NCBI RefSeq assembly: GCF_006345805.1
Contig: NC_043015.1
Location: forward strand, 33,604,001 to 33,668,000
Reading direction: 5' to 3'
DNA from: Octopus sinensis
Taxonomy: Eukaryota
Length of the DNA: 64,000 nucleotides
In this document: positions 1 through 14,752 of the stretch, piece by piece
How the letters are laid out: each line of letters begins with the position of its first letter
How positions within the stretch are numbered: the stretch's first letter is position 1
Made by a program: the position numbers and the translations under genes
The notes under the pieces: generated by a model
What the model saw: only the letters and a program-made list of their open reading frames with translations
The model's database searches: none
Told to the model about the DNA's origin: nothing

Positions 1-176
1 GCTTACAGCACCCAGTACACTTTATGGAATGGTTGCTGTCAGGAAGGGCATCCAGCCATAGAACCCAAGTAAAGACAGACTGGAACCGGGTGCAAGCTCT
101 CTGGCTTACAAGTTCCAGTCAAGCTATCTGACCCCATGCCAGCATGGACAACTGGCACTAAATGATGACGACGATC
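1..176 (+). mobile_element. 3' end of an RTE-tailed SINE or RTE 3'UTR fragment
   Basis: aggaagggcatccagcc...ccatgccagcatgg...taaatgatgacgacgat; same terminus as the RTE copy ending at 32960. Confidence 0.75.
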
Positions 177-179
177 AGG

Positions 180-385
180 AATTAACAATACCAATAACAC
201 CATTACTAATACCAACAATACCTTAATAACACAACCATCATCGCCAACAACACCACCACTACCACCATCACCAACAGCAATAATATGACCAACAACACCA
301 TTACTACACCATAAATAATCAACACAAACAATAACAGAAACAACAATAGCAACAACACCACTACCAGCAACAACAAAGCAATGCA
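180..385. repeat. Degenerate (CAA/CCA)n trinucleotide low-complexity tract
   Basis: Direct inspection. Confidence 0.85.
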
Positions 386-1161
386 GACAATAAAGATAAT
401 GAAAGTTGATGGAATTTTTTGAGTTGAGAAAATGTGATTAGAAAACTATGAGATTAATCAAAGATGGTTGCAATTGTTGAATGGAGAATGTAACAGCATC
501 GTTTGTTGCAACTGTGTATCTGCACATTGAGTCTTTTTACTCTGCTAGCTTCATCATGCAGCAGAGCCAATCACAATAAAGTGCACATAATCTACCGCAC
601 ACTAATTAGATGTAATTATATAGTAAATGTGCAGATGCATATCTGCAACATATTGCATCAAAGATTTGAGTAGGTCTGCGGTGTTTTTAGATGTGGCAAT
701 ATCACAGAGTTGATTGATAGTTTCAGAATATATAAACACAAACACATATAAGATATACAGATATGCACTTAATATACACACACACACATGTCAACTGCAA
801 GACAATGCAGCGGTACCACCAACTGCACCACCCACAAATTTCAATGGTATGGTCATGTGATGTTAGTGAAAGGAAGTGAAGAGAGGTTGGTGGTTGCGTT
901 ATGGACATGTGATGGTAACTAGTGTAGAGGTAGGTGATGGCAGTACGGACCAGTAACAGTAGTGAATGGTAGCTAGAGCAGAGCTTGGTCAGTGAAGACT
1001 AACTGTTTGCTATGTTAAAACTAACAGACAATCGAGAGAAGGAAAGAAAGATGGCTTTGGAAATTGTTCCAATTAATGCCATCAAAGAAAAACAAACCAA
1101 AAAGCATGTTGGATGATACTAATGATGATAGTAATGACAGCACAAATCACAAATGCAGAGG

Positions 1162-1266
1162 AACATACGCACATACATACATACATACATACATACACAT
1201 ACATACATACATACATACATACATACATACACATACATACATACATACATACATACATACATACAC
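1162..1266. repeat. (TACA)n microsatellite
   Basis: Direct inspection; source of the HTYI-repeat ORFs. Confidence 0.95.
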
Positions 1267-2437
1267 TTACTGATATATATGGTGCACAAGACTATACAAT
1301 ATCATTTGTGTATAATGAATAGGGAGTTAACAGGGTTGTTGTTAATTTAGCTGGAAGATGTTACCAGCCAGGGTGGGGAGTACCGAGGAGAGAGAGAAAG
1401 AGAAAAGAAAAAACCATTGAGGCGCTATTAATTAAAGGGAAGTTTCATGTAAGACAGGTACGTTAACGAACAGGTAACAAAAAGGCCTGGAATTATGTAG
1501 TGCCTAACGATGGTCAAATTAGTTAAACTAAAGCTGTAACATCTGAAGCGGGAGGAAGAAAGGGGAACTGAAAAAGAAGAAAGACTGATAAATGAAATAG
1601 CGCTTACGAGTTTCCATTAATGAGAAATGTGGAAGAAAGAAAAAAGAGTGGAAATAACCAATAAGTATAAACTAAATGACTAATTTAGAAATGGGTGGGG
1701 TTTTTTTGCTTTTATCTCTTTTAAAGTGCTACAACATGGCCTCAGTAGTGACCAAAACAAATAACAGAATAAAAAGAAAACTGATGAGGTGTACGGCAAA
1801 ATAAAATGACCAAAGAGGCAAAGTAGTGAGTTGTTTATTTATATGTTGACCATTCAAAACCATCCTAAGTGTATTGCTGTTGTTTAGGCACAGGACAACT
1901 CTACGGCCAAAGATGTTCCAAATAGTCACATCCTGTCTTTTATACATACATACAGCACAGACTATGTTTAAGATGGTCAACTGCAATGTCTGCAACATGT
2001 AACTGCCATTTCTGTTGTATTCCTCAGCAACAACCTTCATCCTTCATCACCTCACTTCATAACATCCCTTCATTTAATGAAAGGGTAGGAAAAGGGTAGC
2101 AGCAGGATGGCCATTTTTATCTGCAGAGAAATTTTAAGATAGGCACAGTAGCTGTAAGGTTAATTTACTGAACTTCTTGATGCTGTGGTCATCAGTTCAG
2201 ATCTTATTGCAGCCAGTGTATGAGTGACTCCCTTCAGCAAGGTCCATAACTCTGCTCTGTCCAGCTAAAGGAATACAAAGCCTCAATCCTACTTTACAGT
2301 TGAGTGGGGAGAGATAACATCCCTGCTATAAAAACAGCTGTTTCAATATTTCTCTATCTGTGTGTGTGAGCTCACTCATGGTTCAGTGGTTAGTGATAAG
2401 GACATCACCATTTAGCTCTAACAGCAAATGTTCCAAC

Positions 2438-2465
2438 AATATATATATATATATATCATCATCAT

Positions 2466-2514
<49 letters not shown>

Positions 2515-2525
2515 CACATACATAC
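2438..2525. repeat. (TA)n/(CAT)n compound microsatellite
   Basis: Direct inspection. Confidence 0.95.
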
Positions 2526-3124
2526 CTCATTATAAAAGAGAGAGATAGGGGTAAATGTGTGATGGTGACTGAGGAGACTGTGAAATGGGTTACTTGAATG
2601 AGAGTCCATGGTATAGGTGTATGTGCATGAGAAGGGGGAGAGAGAGAGAGAGAAAGAAAGAAAGGTAAAACGGGTGTAGGAGTAGAATGGACAGTTAAGT
2701 ATGATTTATTGATATAATAAAACTCAATAACCACAACATTTAATGATCTGTTGTCACTGATAGCCTCCTACACTACCACCGCCACGATTATTACATCATA
2801 TACTCTCTCTCTCTCTCTCTCTCTCTATTACATCACGACCACAGCCACGACTATACACCAACATCATATGACTATCCCCACACCACCAACACCACCACCA
2901 CACAACATCGTCCATATATAATGAGTGTTCTTAGTCAATTGGAAATTTATATGTAGCTCTGTGTGTGTGTGTGTGTGAGAAGATTGAGCCATGACAAGAG
3001 AGAAAGAGAAAACAAAAAGAGGATGATGAAGAGGGAAAGGAAGAGAAAGGCTGAGAAATAGAGAGATTGGGAGCCTTCACTGCTGTCATTATGATTATTA
3101 ATGTAAGAAATCATTCGTAGTATT

Positions 3125-3338
3125 GGCAATGGAATTGCAGAATAGTTAAGAGCATAGAAAAAAAATGCCCTGGCATATTTGCTCCAGCCCTTTATGTACG
3201 GAGGTCAAACCCAACCAAGGTCAACTTTGCCTTTCATCTTCTCAAAGGTGAATACGATACAGTAACTAGTCAAGCAGAGGGGTCAATGGACCAACTGCCA
3301 TCCCTCAGAATTTACTGACCTTGGACCTAAATTATGAA
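3125..3338 (+). mobile_element. Decayed SINE family A copy
   Basis: Contains aaggtcaactttgcctttcatc, shared with many copies in the window. Confidence 0.7.
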
Positions 3339-3419
3339 CACCATCACTTTTAGCAGTGTTGTTAGATTTCTGAATTTGAGGCATTGTCAAAAGTGTGTAT
3401 TCACAGCCACTAACACTGC

Positions 3420-3790
3420 TTGCTTCATGTTCTTGCTTGATGAGGCTGGAGTCATCCTAGGTTAATAGCACCAAGACACCATCATGCAGAGACAATCATG
3501 CAGGGCCACCAGTGCTCTCTATCACTGGCAGCCCCATGTCAGCCCCTCTGCATCTTCCAAGGTGACGTCGAGCCTCTGGAGTCCTTTCCCAATCATGTCC
3601 AGCCATCTTGTGCGGCACCTGCCTCAAGCCTCTTCCAACCTGCAGCTGCTGTGTCGAATGAGAGTAAAGCCCTGGTAGGATGATCTGGTGGGAGACAAAA
3701 GATGTGTCCATAGCAGCACATGCAACAGACAGCTATAAGGTTTACTCATGTATATTGGTGGTGATGACAAATTTCATCGAAGCACAAAAC
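3420..3790 (-). mobile_element. RTE-clade LINE C-terminal relic (second family)
   Basis: Manual translation across frameshifts: CYGHIFCLPPDHPTRALLSFDTAAAGWKR / GRCRTRWLDMIGKGLQRLDVTLEDAEGL, typical of the RTE WxGH...RPRGRPRxRW C-terminus. Confidence 0.75.
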
Positions 3791-5615
3791 AGAAATGCTT
3801 CTGGTGTTCCCACTGGCCACTGCTAGGATCATTTTTGTCTCCTTCTGATATATATACTGTGTTCTTAAACATAGCATGTCCATAAGACATGTAATTTCTG
3901 GACAAATACAGCACCAAATTCACCTTTCAACAATGTATTTATATTACGTATGATACATAAAAAGCTATTTTAATCTAATATTGCTTCTGTTACAAGTGAC
4001 ACACACAGATACAGACATGTGTATGTGTGTTTGAATGCAACAGAGAATATTTTAAGAATATAGGTATTTGGATATTTAATAATGTAGGAATGTAGAACAT
4101 CTCAGAAAAGTAGAATGTAAAATATTTAAGATCACAAGGAATGTGGTATCTCCAGAAATATAGTAAAAACATTAGAAGGTCGATAAATTCTTTAGTTTAA
4201 AAGATATAAAACAAATAATTCTTAACCCTAAATTGAACACATAGAAAAAAAAAAAATAATCTTCATCAGGAAAACAATTAAAAAGGATTGGCATTTCTTA
4301 GAATAATCTTTGATTTGTTTTCCATTTTATATTTTACACATAGTGGGGAAAAAAATATATATAAAAGAAGAAAATTTCAAAATTGTTTCTTTTTGTAGAA
4401 ATTTTTGAAAATCTATTTTTTTTCCCCCACAATTTCAAAAGTGAAAAAAAAAGTCTAAATAAAGAAACAAACACAGAACTGTTTTCTTTTATTCCTAAAT
4501 TGGTGCCGATGTTTACTTAGAATGCTGGTTAATCATCATATCTGCTTTGAACATGAGTTTTTATCAATAAGCACTCAATTCAGCTATGGAAGTGAAATTG
4601 TGTAAGTTTTTGAGTGGTGTTGTCAATAAAAGATGGGTAGTTGTAATGATTTTCTCAAAGTTTAACCAGAGAACATTAAAAAAAAATAATCAATTTAAGG
4701 ATTTATCATATTTTCTTAGCAACATTTCACCAAATATTGAAGATCAAGGATGATGGAATGGGACAAGAGCTGTAGCGAAACAAACAATATTTAAAAAGGA
4801 TTTTAATAATACGATGAAAGCCACAGAAATGGTTTACTTCATCAACAACAGGGAAGAACGTATATTGGAAGAGGAAATTGTTTTATAAAGTAATTTAAAA
4901 GCCGGATTTGGAGAGCAGCCAGAACAAAGAATCTTGTGAGGTGTCAGAAATGATGAGATGAAAAAGATAAATAATCTGACAAACTGAAAGAAAAATATAA
5001 ATCAAGGAAGAAGATTGTCTTAAGTGACGTTAAGACACAACTGTCACCGTGGTGTAACACTAAGTGTAACTGACAGCAGTAACTATGACAACTAAAACTG
5101 GTCGAGTTATAGCTCACTGTAACGGCAGTCGTATCTGTGAAACGGACATTAAAATATAGATGTGACACAGAGGATGAATGCAACACAACAGTAACACAAT
5201 AGTAACTGTGGCTGTAAAATTTATTATTATGACAACATCTACATGGTTATGGAGGCAGCTAGAAAACGCAGTGAAATCTCAAATCACTCTAGTGTCATGA
5301 AAAACAGGCATAGCATGATGAACATACAGCATGTCTGGGAAAATTATAATAAAAGTCTTATATTGAGAAACACAATGATATTGTTAGAGTGGATAGGAAA
5401 CCCTGATTTATGAGTTTGTAGCCCAACAACTAAATCACTGAAGCACCTCATTTCCAATAATAATAATAATAATAATAATAATGATGCTGGTCTTTTCCTA
5501 GGATTACAGCCGATGAAAAGACCAGGCAAGAGCTGACTGTTGTCTAATCATGGATGATCTACAGCTCTATGGCAAGATTCAAAAGATTTGGATAGCTTTG
5601 TCTTTAAGTTTAGTT

Positions 5616-6353
5616 CAAATCTTGCCATTCTTCATACTAGCCATGTACTGGTTAGCTATCTCCTGGTCTTTTCATAGGCTATAATCCAAAGAAAAGACCA
5701 AGAGGATGGTGGTGGTGGTGGTGATGATGAAGAAACAAGTAAAAAGATAAAAGATACAGTAAAAGAGAATCTCTCTGTGACAAATGCTCTGTACCAATGT
5801 CAGAAATCATTATTATATTTATTATTAGCATCATCATCATCATTAAGGCAATGAACTGGTGGAATCGTTAGTATGTCAGGTAAAATTCTTAGTAGCACTT
5901 CTTCCGTCTTTACATTCTGAGTCCAAATTCTGCCGAGATCGACTTTGCTTTTCATCCTTTTAGAGACTATTTGTAATGGTGTTTTCTCTTCCACCACACA
6001 TCCTTCTTTCAGGCATGATGACTTCCTTATCCATGTTCTTCCCCATTTACCTTCTTCTGATATATTGATCCTGTGCTGCTACAATTGAGCTTTCTGTCTC
6101 TTTCTTGACCACCCCTTACTTTAGCCAATAAAATGACTTCCCATCTTAATGTCCTTTGAAACTTTGAAATAGTCTCTAAAAGGATGAAAGGCAGAGTCGA
6201 TCTCAGCAGAATTTGAACTCAGACTGTAAAGACAGATGAAGTGCAACTATGAATTTGGTCTTTTCTTTGGATTATAGCCTATGAAAAGACCAGGAGATAG
6301 CCAAACCAGTACATGGCTAGTATTTACTAACCCATGAAGAATGGCAAGATTTG
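5616..6353. repeat. Fold-back inverted duplication (5616-5700 with 6256-6353; 5895-5972 with 6167-6244) that includes SINE A pieces
   Basis: The arms are near-exact reverse complements, including non-SINE sequence. Confidence 0.85.
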
Positions 6354-6424
6354 GTGCTTACAATCTAAACAAGTCATGGATATTGGCAGGACTAATGTTA
6401 ACAAAAATATAACATATATACTAT

Positions 6425-6790
6425 ATCTTTCGCCTATTACTTATTTCAGTCATTAGACTGCGACCATGCTGGGGCACTGCCTTGAGGAATTTTTAGTTGA
6501 ATGAATTGACCTCAGGACTTACTTTTTTGTTAAGCCTGGTACTTATCCTATCGGTCTCTTTTGTTGAACTGTTAAGTTATGGAGGACATAAACACCAACA
6601 CCAGTTGCCGAGCAGTGGAGGGAGACAAACACAGACACACACACAACAGGCTTCTTTCAGTTTCTGTCCACGAAATCCACTCACAAGGCTTTGGTCAATC
6701 TGAGGCTATAGTAGAAGACACTTACTCCAAGGTGCCATGCAGAGGGTCTGAACCTGGAACCATGTGGTTGGGAAGCAAGCTTGCCTGCAT
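6425..6790 (-). mobile_element. SINE family B (tRNA-type head, internal (TG)n, tail ...ccagcatggccacagtc...actgaaacaagtaaaag)
   Basis: Reverse complement of the copy at 8315-8790. Confidence 0.85.
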
Positions 6791-7524
6791 CTGTATATTA
6801 ACATTGATAGAATAAATTTAGGGAGGAATGATAGGGGAGAGTGAATGAAGTAAACAGAGAAATTATAACATCCATACCTTTCCTCCTCAAGGAGACTAGA
6901 GACAACAACCACAGTAAAAGGGTTAATAGTGGAGTAGGGGTGGACACAGAGCCCAACCTAGGACCACTCTCCCCACAAAGTACTCATCTATCTATGGCAT
7001 TCACACAACGGGCTTAACACAGACTAAATTAAGATGAAGTGGATTAAATACAACAGTAACAACAATGGAATCAATGTCAACATCAATAACAACAACAGTA
7101 AAAAACAATAAAACAACTAATAAGAAAGTTAATGAATGTAACAAATTATGGTAATGAAGGCAAGCAGGTGCTTATCAAATTATTTAGAGATCTCTTTTGG
7201 TCTCTCTTTCTGATTGGTAATTCCTTTAAGTAGTGGCAGGCAAGAGAGGGAGGGGTTGCTGTGTAATGATTACTGGGGTGGGGGTGGGGGGCTATTTTTT
7301 GTTTACATCAGGGAGATTGCAGATGTACTCAGAGGGTTTATGTGATAGTCAGGAAAGGTTGTGGTTGTGGTAGTAGTAGCGTAGTGGTGTTAGCGATAGT
7401 TGTAGAGTGGTGCTTATAATGGCTGTGATGGCACCTAATGTAAGGGGTGTGGCACGTTTAAGAAATAACAGTTGGGTGTATACATGACAAGATGATGGAG
7501 TGTATACAACAAACAATATAATAT

Positions 7525-7898
7525 TGGTTTCAAATTTTAGCACAAGGCCAGCAATTCCAGGAGAGAGATCAAGTCGATTACAGCAACTCCAGCGCTCAAC
7601 TGGTATTTATTTTACTGAAAGGATGAAAGGCAAAGTCAACCTCGGTGGAGGATGAGCTCGGACGAACCACACTACGTAATAATGATCTCAAATTTTAGCA
7701 CAAGGCCAGCAATTTTGGAGGAAAGGTAAGTTGATTAAATCAACAACAGTATTCAGCCAGGACTTATTTTATCAACCCTGAAAGGATTAAAGGCAAAGTC
7801 AACTTTGGCAGAATTTGAACTCAGAACATAAAGATGGATGAAATACCACTAAGTATTTTTGGCCAGCATGCTAATGATTCTGCCAGTTCGTCACCTTA
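7525..7898 (-). mobile_element. Two tandem SINE family A copies
   Basis: Repeated caaattttagcacaaggccagcaatt ends and ggatgaaaggcaaagtcaac cores. Confidence 0.85.
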
Positions 7899-8069
7899 CC
7901 AATATAATATTGCATGTATGACTGCTATCTGTAAGTATTGTACTAACAGTACCACCAATTTACATCTGCTTGACATTATAGAATGAGTTGGACTGACTGT
8001 CACAGTCATAGACTTTTCCCAAATCATAGATAGGTAGCTGAATGGATGATATACATTATAGAGGTTTCT

Positions 8070-8314
8070 CCATCATCACAACTATCATTATAATTCATTC
8101 CCAATTTTTCCCTAGGCCCACATTGGTTAAACAGATCTTGCCCAACACAGCAGTTTACCACTTGTCTATTTTCTCCTTTGACAGATTTGGTCTTTTCTGA
8201 TTAGCTTCTTCCCCTCCTGGGTCTTCCTCTACTTCAGGTACAATCCACTTGGATAAGTTAATATTTTTTTGCTCAAATCTCACTCTCCTGCATCTCTGCT
8301 AAATGCCCAGACCA
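8070..8314 (-). mobile_element. Short decayed RTE 3' fragment
   Basis: Translates to WSGHLAEM...SRGRPRR; truncated by the adjacent SINE B. Confidence 0.5.
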
Positions 8315-8790
8315 TACATGGTTGTGTGGTAAGAAGTTTCCTTCTCAAGCACATGGTTCCAGGTTCAGTCCTACTGTGTGACACCTTGGGCAAGTATCTT
8401 CTTTTATAACGTCAGGCCAATCAAAGCCTTGTTACTGGATTTGGTATACAGAACCTGAAAGAAGCTCATTGTGTATTTGTGTGTACATATGTAAGTCTAC
8501 ATGTGTGTGGGTGTGTGTGTGTATGTGTGGATGTGTGTGTGTATTTGTGTGTACATATGTATGTCTACATGTGTGTGTGTGTGTGTGTGTGTTTGTCTCC
8601 ACACCACCACTTGACAACTGGTGTTAGTGTGTTTATGTCTCCCTAACTTAGCTGTTCAGCAAAAGAGACCAATAGAATAAGTACAAGGCTTTAAAAACTA
8701 AGTCCTGGGGTCAATTCATTTGACTAAGAATTCTTCAAGGTGGTGCCCCAGCATGGCCACAGTCTAATAACTGAAACAAGTAAAAGATAC
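8315..8790 (+). mobile_element. Full-length SINE family B
   Basis: A-box-like tggttgtgtggtaag, B-box-like ggttcagtcc, ccttgggcaagt, internal (TG)n and the conserved tail. Confidence 0.9.
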
Positions 8791-8979
8791 CAGTGCCGCC
8801 TCCTCCATTCCATACTAGATTTCTCTTTTACCCAGTTTTTCTCTCAATTCCTTTATACTCCGTTGTTCTCACATCCAGCAAAGAATACTTGCTTCATTTC
8901 TTTTCCACCTTTCACACATCCTTTCTATTCAATACCCACATTTCACACCCGCATAACATTACACTTTCTGCATGTACAC

Positions 8980-9165
8980 ATCTATCTATCTAGCTGTCTT
9001 TCTATTTATCTATCTGTCTATCTATCTGTCTATCTATCTGTCTATCTATCTACCTACCTACCCAGCTATGCATGTATGTATGTATCTATTACCTATCTAT
9101 ATTTATCAATCTATCACCTATCTATATTTATCAATCTATCACCTATCTACACAAATATAACTATC
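8980..9165. repeat. (TATC)n microsatellite
   Basis: Direct inspection. Confidence 0.9.
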
Positions 9166-10899
9166 TAACATTAAATAAATCTGTAACTTAACCATATGCA
9201 TTGAATTCTTTCTCAGTTAACATTTTGTAGTTAAAAACTAAGTTATTCTCTGTGTGTGTGTGTGTGTGTGTGCATGCATGCATGCGCCTATGTGCATGTA
9301 AACGAGAGGCTGTATTGTGTTAAACACACAATAATTGCGTATAATGAGAACATTCAGTAGGACAATGATATTGACATTCCAGTTGAATGGAAAGTAAATT
9401 GAAATAAAAAGGAAGTAGGCAGCAGTTTGGAATTGTATTGTATATCTTGGAGGATAAGGAATCTGTCAATGGTAGAACACAAGAAATATTCAGTATCACT
9501 GACAGAAAGAATTTCCTCTTGCTATTGATTTCAATTAGATTCTCATTAGCTATACCTCACCCCCATCACCCACCACTCTACCTTGTTAAACCAGCAGTTA
9601 GTTAGCCCCACCCCTGATTCTAACAGGAGGGGGGAAAGACCAACATAGTCTCCTTCTTTTGTTGTTATTTCTCCTAAAGATCCTTTCCCCATTTCACTCC
9701 TGTATCTCCTCCATATTTGTACATTCTTCCTTTTAATAACATTCGCCTTTAAATCCCACCTCTCTCTACCTATCAACTATTTCTTTCCACTAATTAATTC
9801 ATTTAGATAACTAACTCAGCCTCTTTCAATCTAACCATCTCTCTACCCATCTTTATCTAGCAATCTTCAATTTGAACACACCTGTTTGTTATTTAAGGTG
9901 TGTTAATATTTTTTTTTTTCTTCTCCAATGTTTTTATCTAAATCTCTTGAAATGAATTCCTGCAATGATAATTTCAAAATTTCCACATTATTAACATCAA
10001 CTCCCTTAACAGCTTCAGATTTTGTTTTCTAACTTAGATGCAAAGAACACAAGACAAAATACAGTCATGTTGTTGAGTGTGGATGCAAAGACAGCAAGAA
10101 CTGGTTCAATCCAAGCAGGGTGTGTCTCTCAAATCTTCATCAGAATCATTTATAATTTTTTTAAAAATCTGTCTGAGAGTTTCTTTTATTATTTATTGTT
10201 CTTGCTGCTGCTGAAGTGGTGGTGGTTGTCATTTCTCACTGGAATTAAAATCAATTTGTCATCAAAGAACTTACTTATTCTGAAGTTAGAATTACTTCTT
10301 TTAATCCGGTTGACCTATTTCTCTCTGTCTGTAGACAATATTGCAGGAAGTAAGAAGCAACGGATCATTAAAACAAACTGAAAGCTCTCTTAAAAAGACT
10401 TTCTTAATTACAAATTACGATTTCTTCAACAAGACACCACAGAAAATGTTGAATAACTTGTATATAAGAATCATAATTTGGTAAATCTGACTTTGCTAGA
10501 AATTAGGAAACACCCATAATAGGCAGAAATACTGAAACACACACATTTACACATTTCAAATGCCTATAATTACATGCACATGAAATAAAATACACACACA
10601 CACACACACACACACATACATACTCTTTACACCCAGATAGGAACACATAACCTGACAACATACAAACACACACAAAGTACATAAAAAACATGAAATACAC
10701 ATATAGACATACTCTATACACTTACGCACATACATACACAGAAACTGTGTACATAGATACACGCATATCTGTGTACATATATTTTTTTATCCTTTACTTA
10801 TTTCAGTCATTAGGCTTAGGCCATGCTGGGGCAGAGCCTTGAAGAATTTTAGTTAAATGAATCAACCCTAGGGCCTTTAAATACATACACGTATACTAT

Positions 10900-11325
10900 T
10901 TTATATACAGATTATGTGTGTGTGCGTGTGTATCTGTGTAATTGTGTGTATGAGTGTGTGTTGTGTGTGTGCATGTGAGTGTACGTGTGTGTGTGTGTGT
11001 AGGTGTATGTGAACAAGGGGTTTGAGTGGAGGTATAAGTGTGTTTTTGTGCACGTATGCACGTTCGTGTGTGTATGTGCATGTAATTGTGCGTATGTGTA
11101 TGTGTGCATGGGGTTGTGTGAGGAGTATATGTGTTCCTGTGTGCGTGTGTGTGTGTGTGTATCTGCCCATGTATGTGTAATTGTGTGCGTGTATGTATCA
11201 GTGTGTGTTGTGTGGGAGGTATGTGTGCATGCATGTGCATGTGTGTGTACACATACACACACACATATATATATATGCAAATGATGTGTGTGTGTGTGTG
11301 TGTATGTATATATATATATATACAT
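10900..11325. repeat. Complex (TG)n/(TA)n tract, followed by a gatagatcgcttgccactac...gctcgaaa repeat fragment (to about 11500)
   Basis: Direct inspection; explains the long HT/VC ORFs. Confidence 0.85.
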
Positions 11326-14300
11326 GATAGATCGCTTGCCACTACACATTCTTTATTTTCTCTCCTTGTTCCTTTCTGTGGAAGAGCGTAGGCTCGAAAT
11401 GTTAAAGACTTTTTCACTTCCCGAGCGTTATACTAATACATCTGTTTGTTGTCTACACCACCTGTCTTCATCTTTTGTTGTTTTTTTTGTGAATTCTCCC
11501 TATATATATATATATATTAGTATATATAGACAGTTATATATTAGTATATATAGACAGTAGATACTAATAAGTGGCTCTTAACAGGGACACAGTCAAACAT
11601 ACTACACAACCTAAACACAATGTCAACTGAAAACAAGTGTGTGTATGTGTGGGCGAACTCTAGAGAATTGTGTGTTTGTATGGACCAAAACAGAGCAGTG
11701 GTTATGTGTATATAGACCAACTATAATGTGTGTGTGTGGATCAGTTGGTGGACTATGTGTGTACCATTAGTTGGTGAAACATCTTCATTGCTAGCAATGA
11801 TGATGAAAATGATGATGACCACAACAATGGCAGTAGTGGTTACAGTGGGAGGGGACAACAGTGGTAGTGGTGGTGGCAGAAGCAATGGTGTCAAGAGGAG
11901 TTATTGCAGGTATAATGTGGATGGTGGTGGTTCCAAAAGCGATGATGATGATGATAGCAAATACATTTGTTGCAACTAATCATTAAAAAAAATTATTCAA
12001 TTTTAAAAGCATCAAATATGACAAAAGGAATGGACAACCATTATTATCATCATTACTATCATCACATGTAACACTACCACCACCACAACCACCATTACAG
12101 ATAACATCTCAACCACTACACCACCAATGCATCACACAACCTGTACCCCCGCCCCCCAGGCACATACATACACATGTGCCATCACAGCATCACAACCTTG
12201 CCCATCTCTAATACAATTACCTCCCACAACAACACAAACCACCAAAGCCTTGCCCACCACTAACAACCCCTCCACTCCACTATCGCGATCACCACACTGT
12301 AGGAGAAAGTTGAGAACATTGAATACCCACCATGATGAAACAAAACAGAAACCATTTATTTTTTTCAGTGAATAAAGACTGTAATTATGAATCAGTTAAT
12401 GGGTTTTAAAAACGTTACAGTAGGAAGGCAATTGAGAAGCAGCAGTATGGATGCAGTAGAGAGGCAGCGGAATATTGTGAGAGTGCAGCAGGAATGGTTG
12501 GACTTTACAAAACAGGCCTTCAAAATAAGAGAATTTTTATAAAATCAAATAGAACACACAGACACATCCACACACACACGTGGTGTGAGTGTGTGTGTGT
12601 GTGCACACATATATATATATATACAAACACACACACATACACACAATAACATGTACATGTATACACAAACATACATACACCCACATCCACACACAGTTTG
12701 TATTCTTTGCAAATCTGTTCTTTTTGTTTTCAAGGTATAAAGAGGGGGAAAAAAAAACACCCCGCATCAAACTCAATTGAACACAACTCCTGAACATGAT
12801 AGAAATATTTATCAAACAAAAAAAAAATCAAAAAAATCGCAGAACTAATCACAGTAGAAGGTTTCATTCAGAACATCAAATACTGATTCCAAGTTTTAAT
12901 TTCTTCAAGTAAAATTCATTGAGGAGATGATTCGGATAGAAGAGGTGGAATTGAAATCACCACCCTTATCATCGACCGCCGAGCTTTAAACTTGTTATTT
13001 CCTGCCTCTCAACAGTGAAAATTAGCAGAAAAAAACAAAATATATTAGTAATGGAATATTAGACAAGAATATCAGAAATGTGTTCCTTCATCTAATTGAC
13101 TGTATAAAAGCCAGGATCATGTTTGTCAAAACAACCGTTTGTAATTGTATTGTGAGCCTTACAAAATGATCCCCTTGAGTTGGTGACGTTTTTATGCAAA
13201 CCAAAACAATTATTCAGACTTTAATATCATTGATTTAAGCAAATTATTTCGTTTGATGTCAAAGAGTAGTATAGAAAGGAGGAGTATTCACAAAAGAAAG
13301 CTAGGAAGGGTTGTTATTTGGCAGAGGAAATTAAAATAAAAAATAAAGATAAAAAGGCTCTCAATAAAACAGAAACTTTTCTTGGAAGCTAGGTAGATTG
13401 TTTTGAAACCAGGTTAAATATGTAATAAAAAGCTATCAGCTTGATATACAATCATTCAATCACCATCACTCACCATCATTCAACAATTGTTTCGCTTGCA
13501 TTGAATTATATCAGTTTATCAACTGTTACTATGGAAGAATTAAAATAAATAATTGCATGGATCTAAGCATTTAAGGAGTGGAGCATATATTTTCTTCTAA
13601 GTCAGACTGCCCCGTGGCCCCAGCAGATAAAATAGAAAAGGCATTGCTCAAGAGAATGGTGAGAGATATATGCTGGAACAGCCACTGATTCGCAGGGCTT
13701 GCACTTGCGGACAGCCAACACCATCAAAAAGGAAAAAGAAAAAAGGTTAAGGGAGTAACCCACCTCCCCAGAAAATTTGGAGGGATGAACCCTAAGGCTG
13801 ATATGAACAGTTATATTTGACCATATATTTGGCATCCTCTGTGGCTCCATGGGTGCTGCAAATGTCTTTCCTTCATGCTGTATCCATGAGTGGAGAGGTG
13901 GTAAGTGTACTTGGAGCTAGGAAGTTGCTTCTGGAAACAGCCCAACATCAGCAGAGGTGGTTAAGTTACAGTCTCTGCAATTCCACCAATCAACAAAGAA
14001 AAAGATCAACCATTATGATGTACTGTACACTCCCCCTCCACTGAATCTGTTGACCCAAACTGACACTGCCCTCCCCCACTTCACACTGGCTCAAAGTTTC
14101 CCCCACACTCTCCCACCATTGCCCCTCACCCATTCTGTAATAAATTTTTTCACCAAAACATCTCAAAAGCTACATTCCTCAAACCATACTAATTCAAATG
14201 AACCAAAGACAGAGCCTGTATGTCCATATTCAATCTGAAATAACAGCTAAAGGTCCCTCAAATCACACATCACCATGTTAGAATTAGATAATGTGACCCT

Positions 14301-14752
14301 GGGTTTCATACATACAAGGAAAAAAATTGGGATGGTTATGGATGGAAACATTGATTGATCATAGTTCTGCTGAATCAGAGCATTATCCTTATTAAACTTT
14401 TAGAATCTGATCATTCAATATAAAGAAGATACTTGTTTGGTTTACATTAATTCTTTGAGGAAATGAAATAACAATTCAACCATCTGTATACATTGAGAGG
14501 TTGACAGAATTGGTAACAGTTTCTTTTATTAATTCATTTGTGTAATGGTTTGATCTGGAAGAAGGAGCTACGTCTTTAGGCCTCAAACTCTGTGCAAGAT
14601 AGGGGAGACTGATGTATTAACATTTCTCTTGAAGCCTTGCATTTTTATAGCAAGTAAAAACATGTCGGGGGAGAATTCAAAAAGACTGTCATTGTGAGGA
14701 GGAGGGACTGGACAGAAGAGTTAACATGGTGGAGTAAACAGTATGGGTGATG

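Noticed and set aside
8315-8400. tRNA-like A/B boxes at SINE heads
   Set aside because: SINE promoters; no complete cloverleaf, so not called as tRNA genes.
10896-11560. Long overlapping ORFs rich in HT/VC/YI (also at 1064-1350, 8740-9168, 29292-29848, 32936-33259, 47606-48178)
   Set aside because: They are translations of dinucleotide and tetranucleotide microsatellites.
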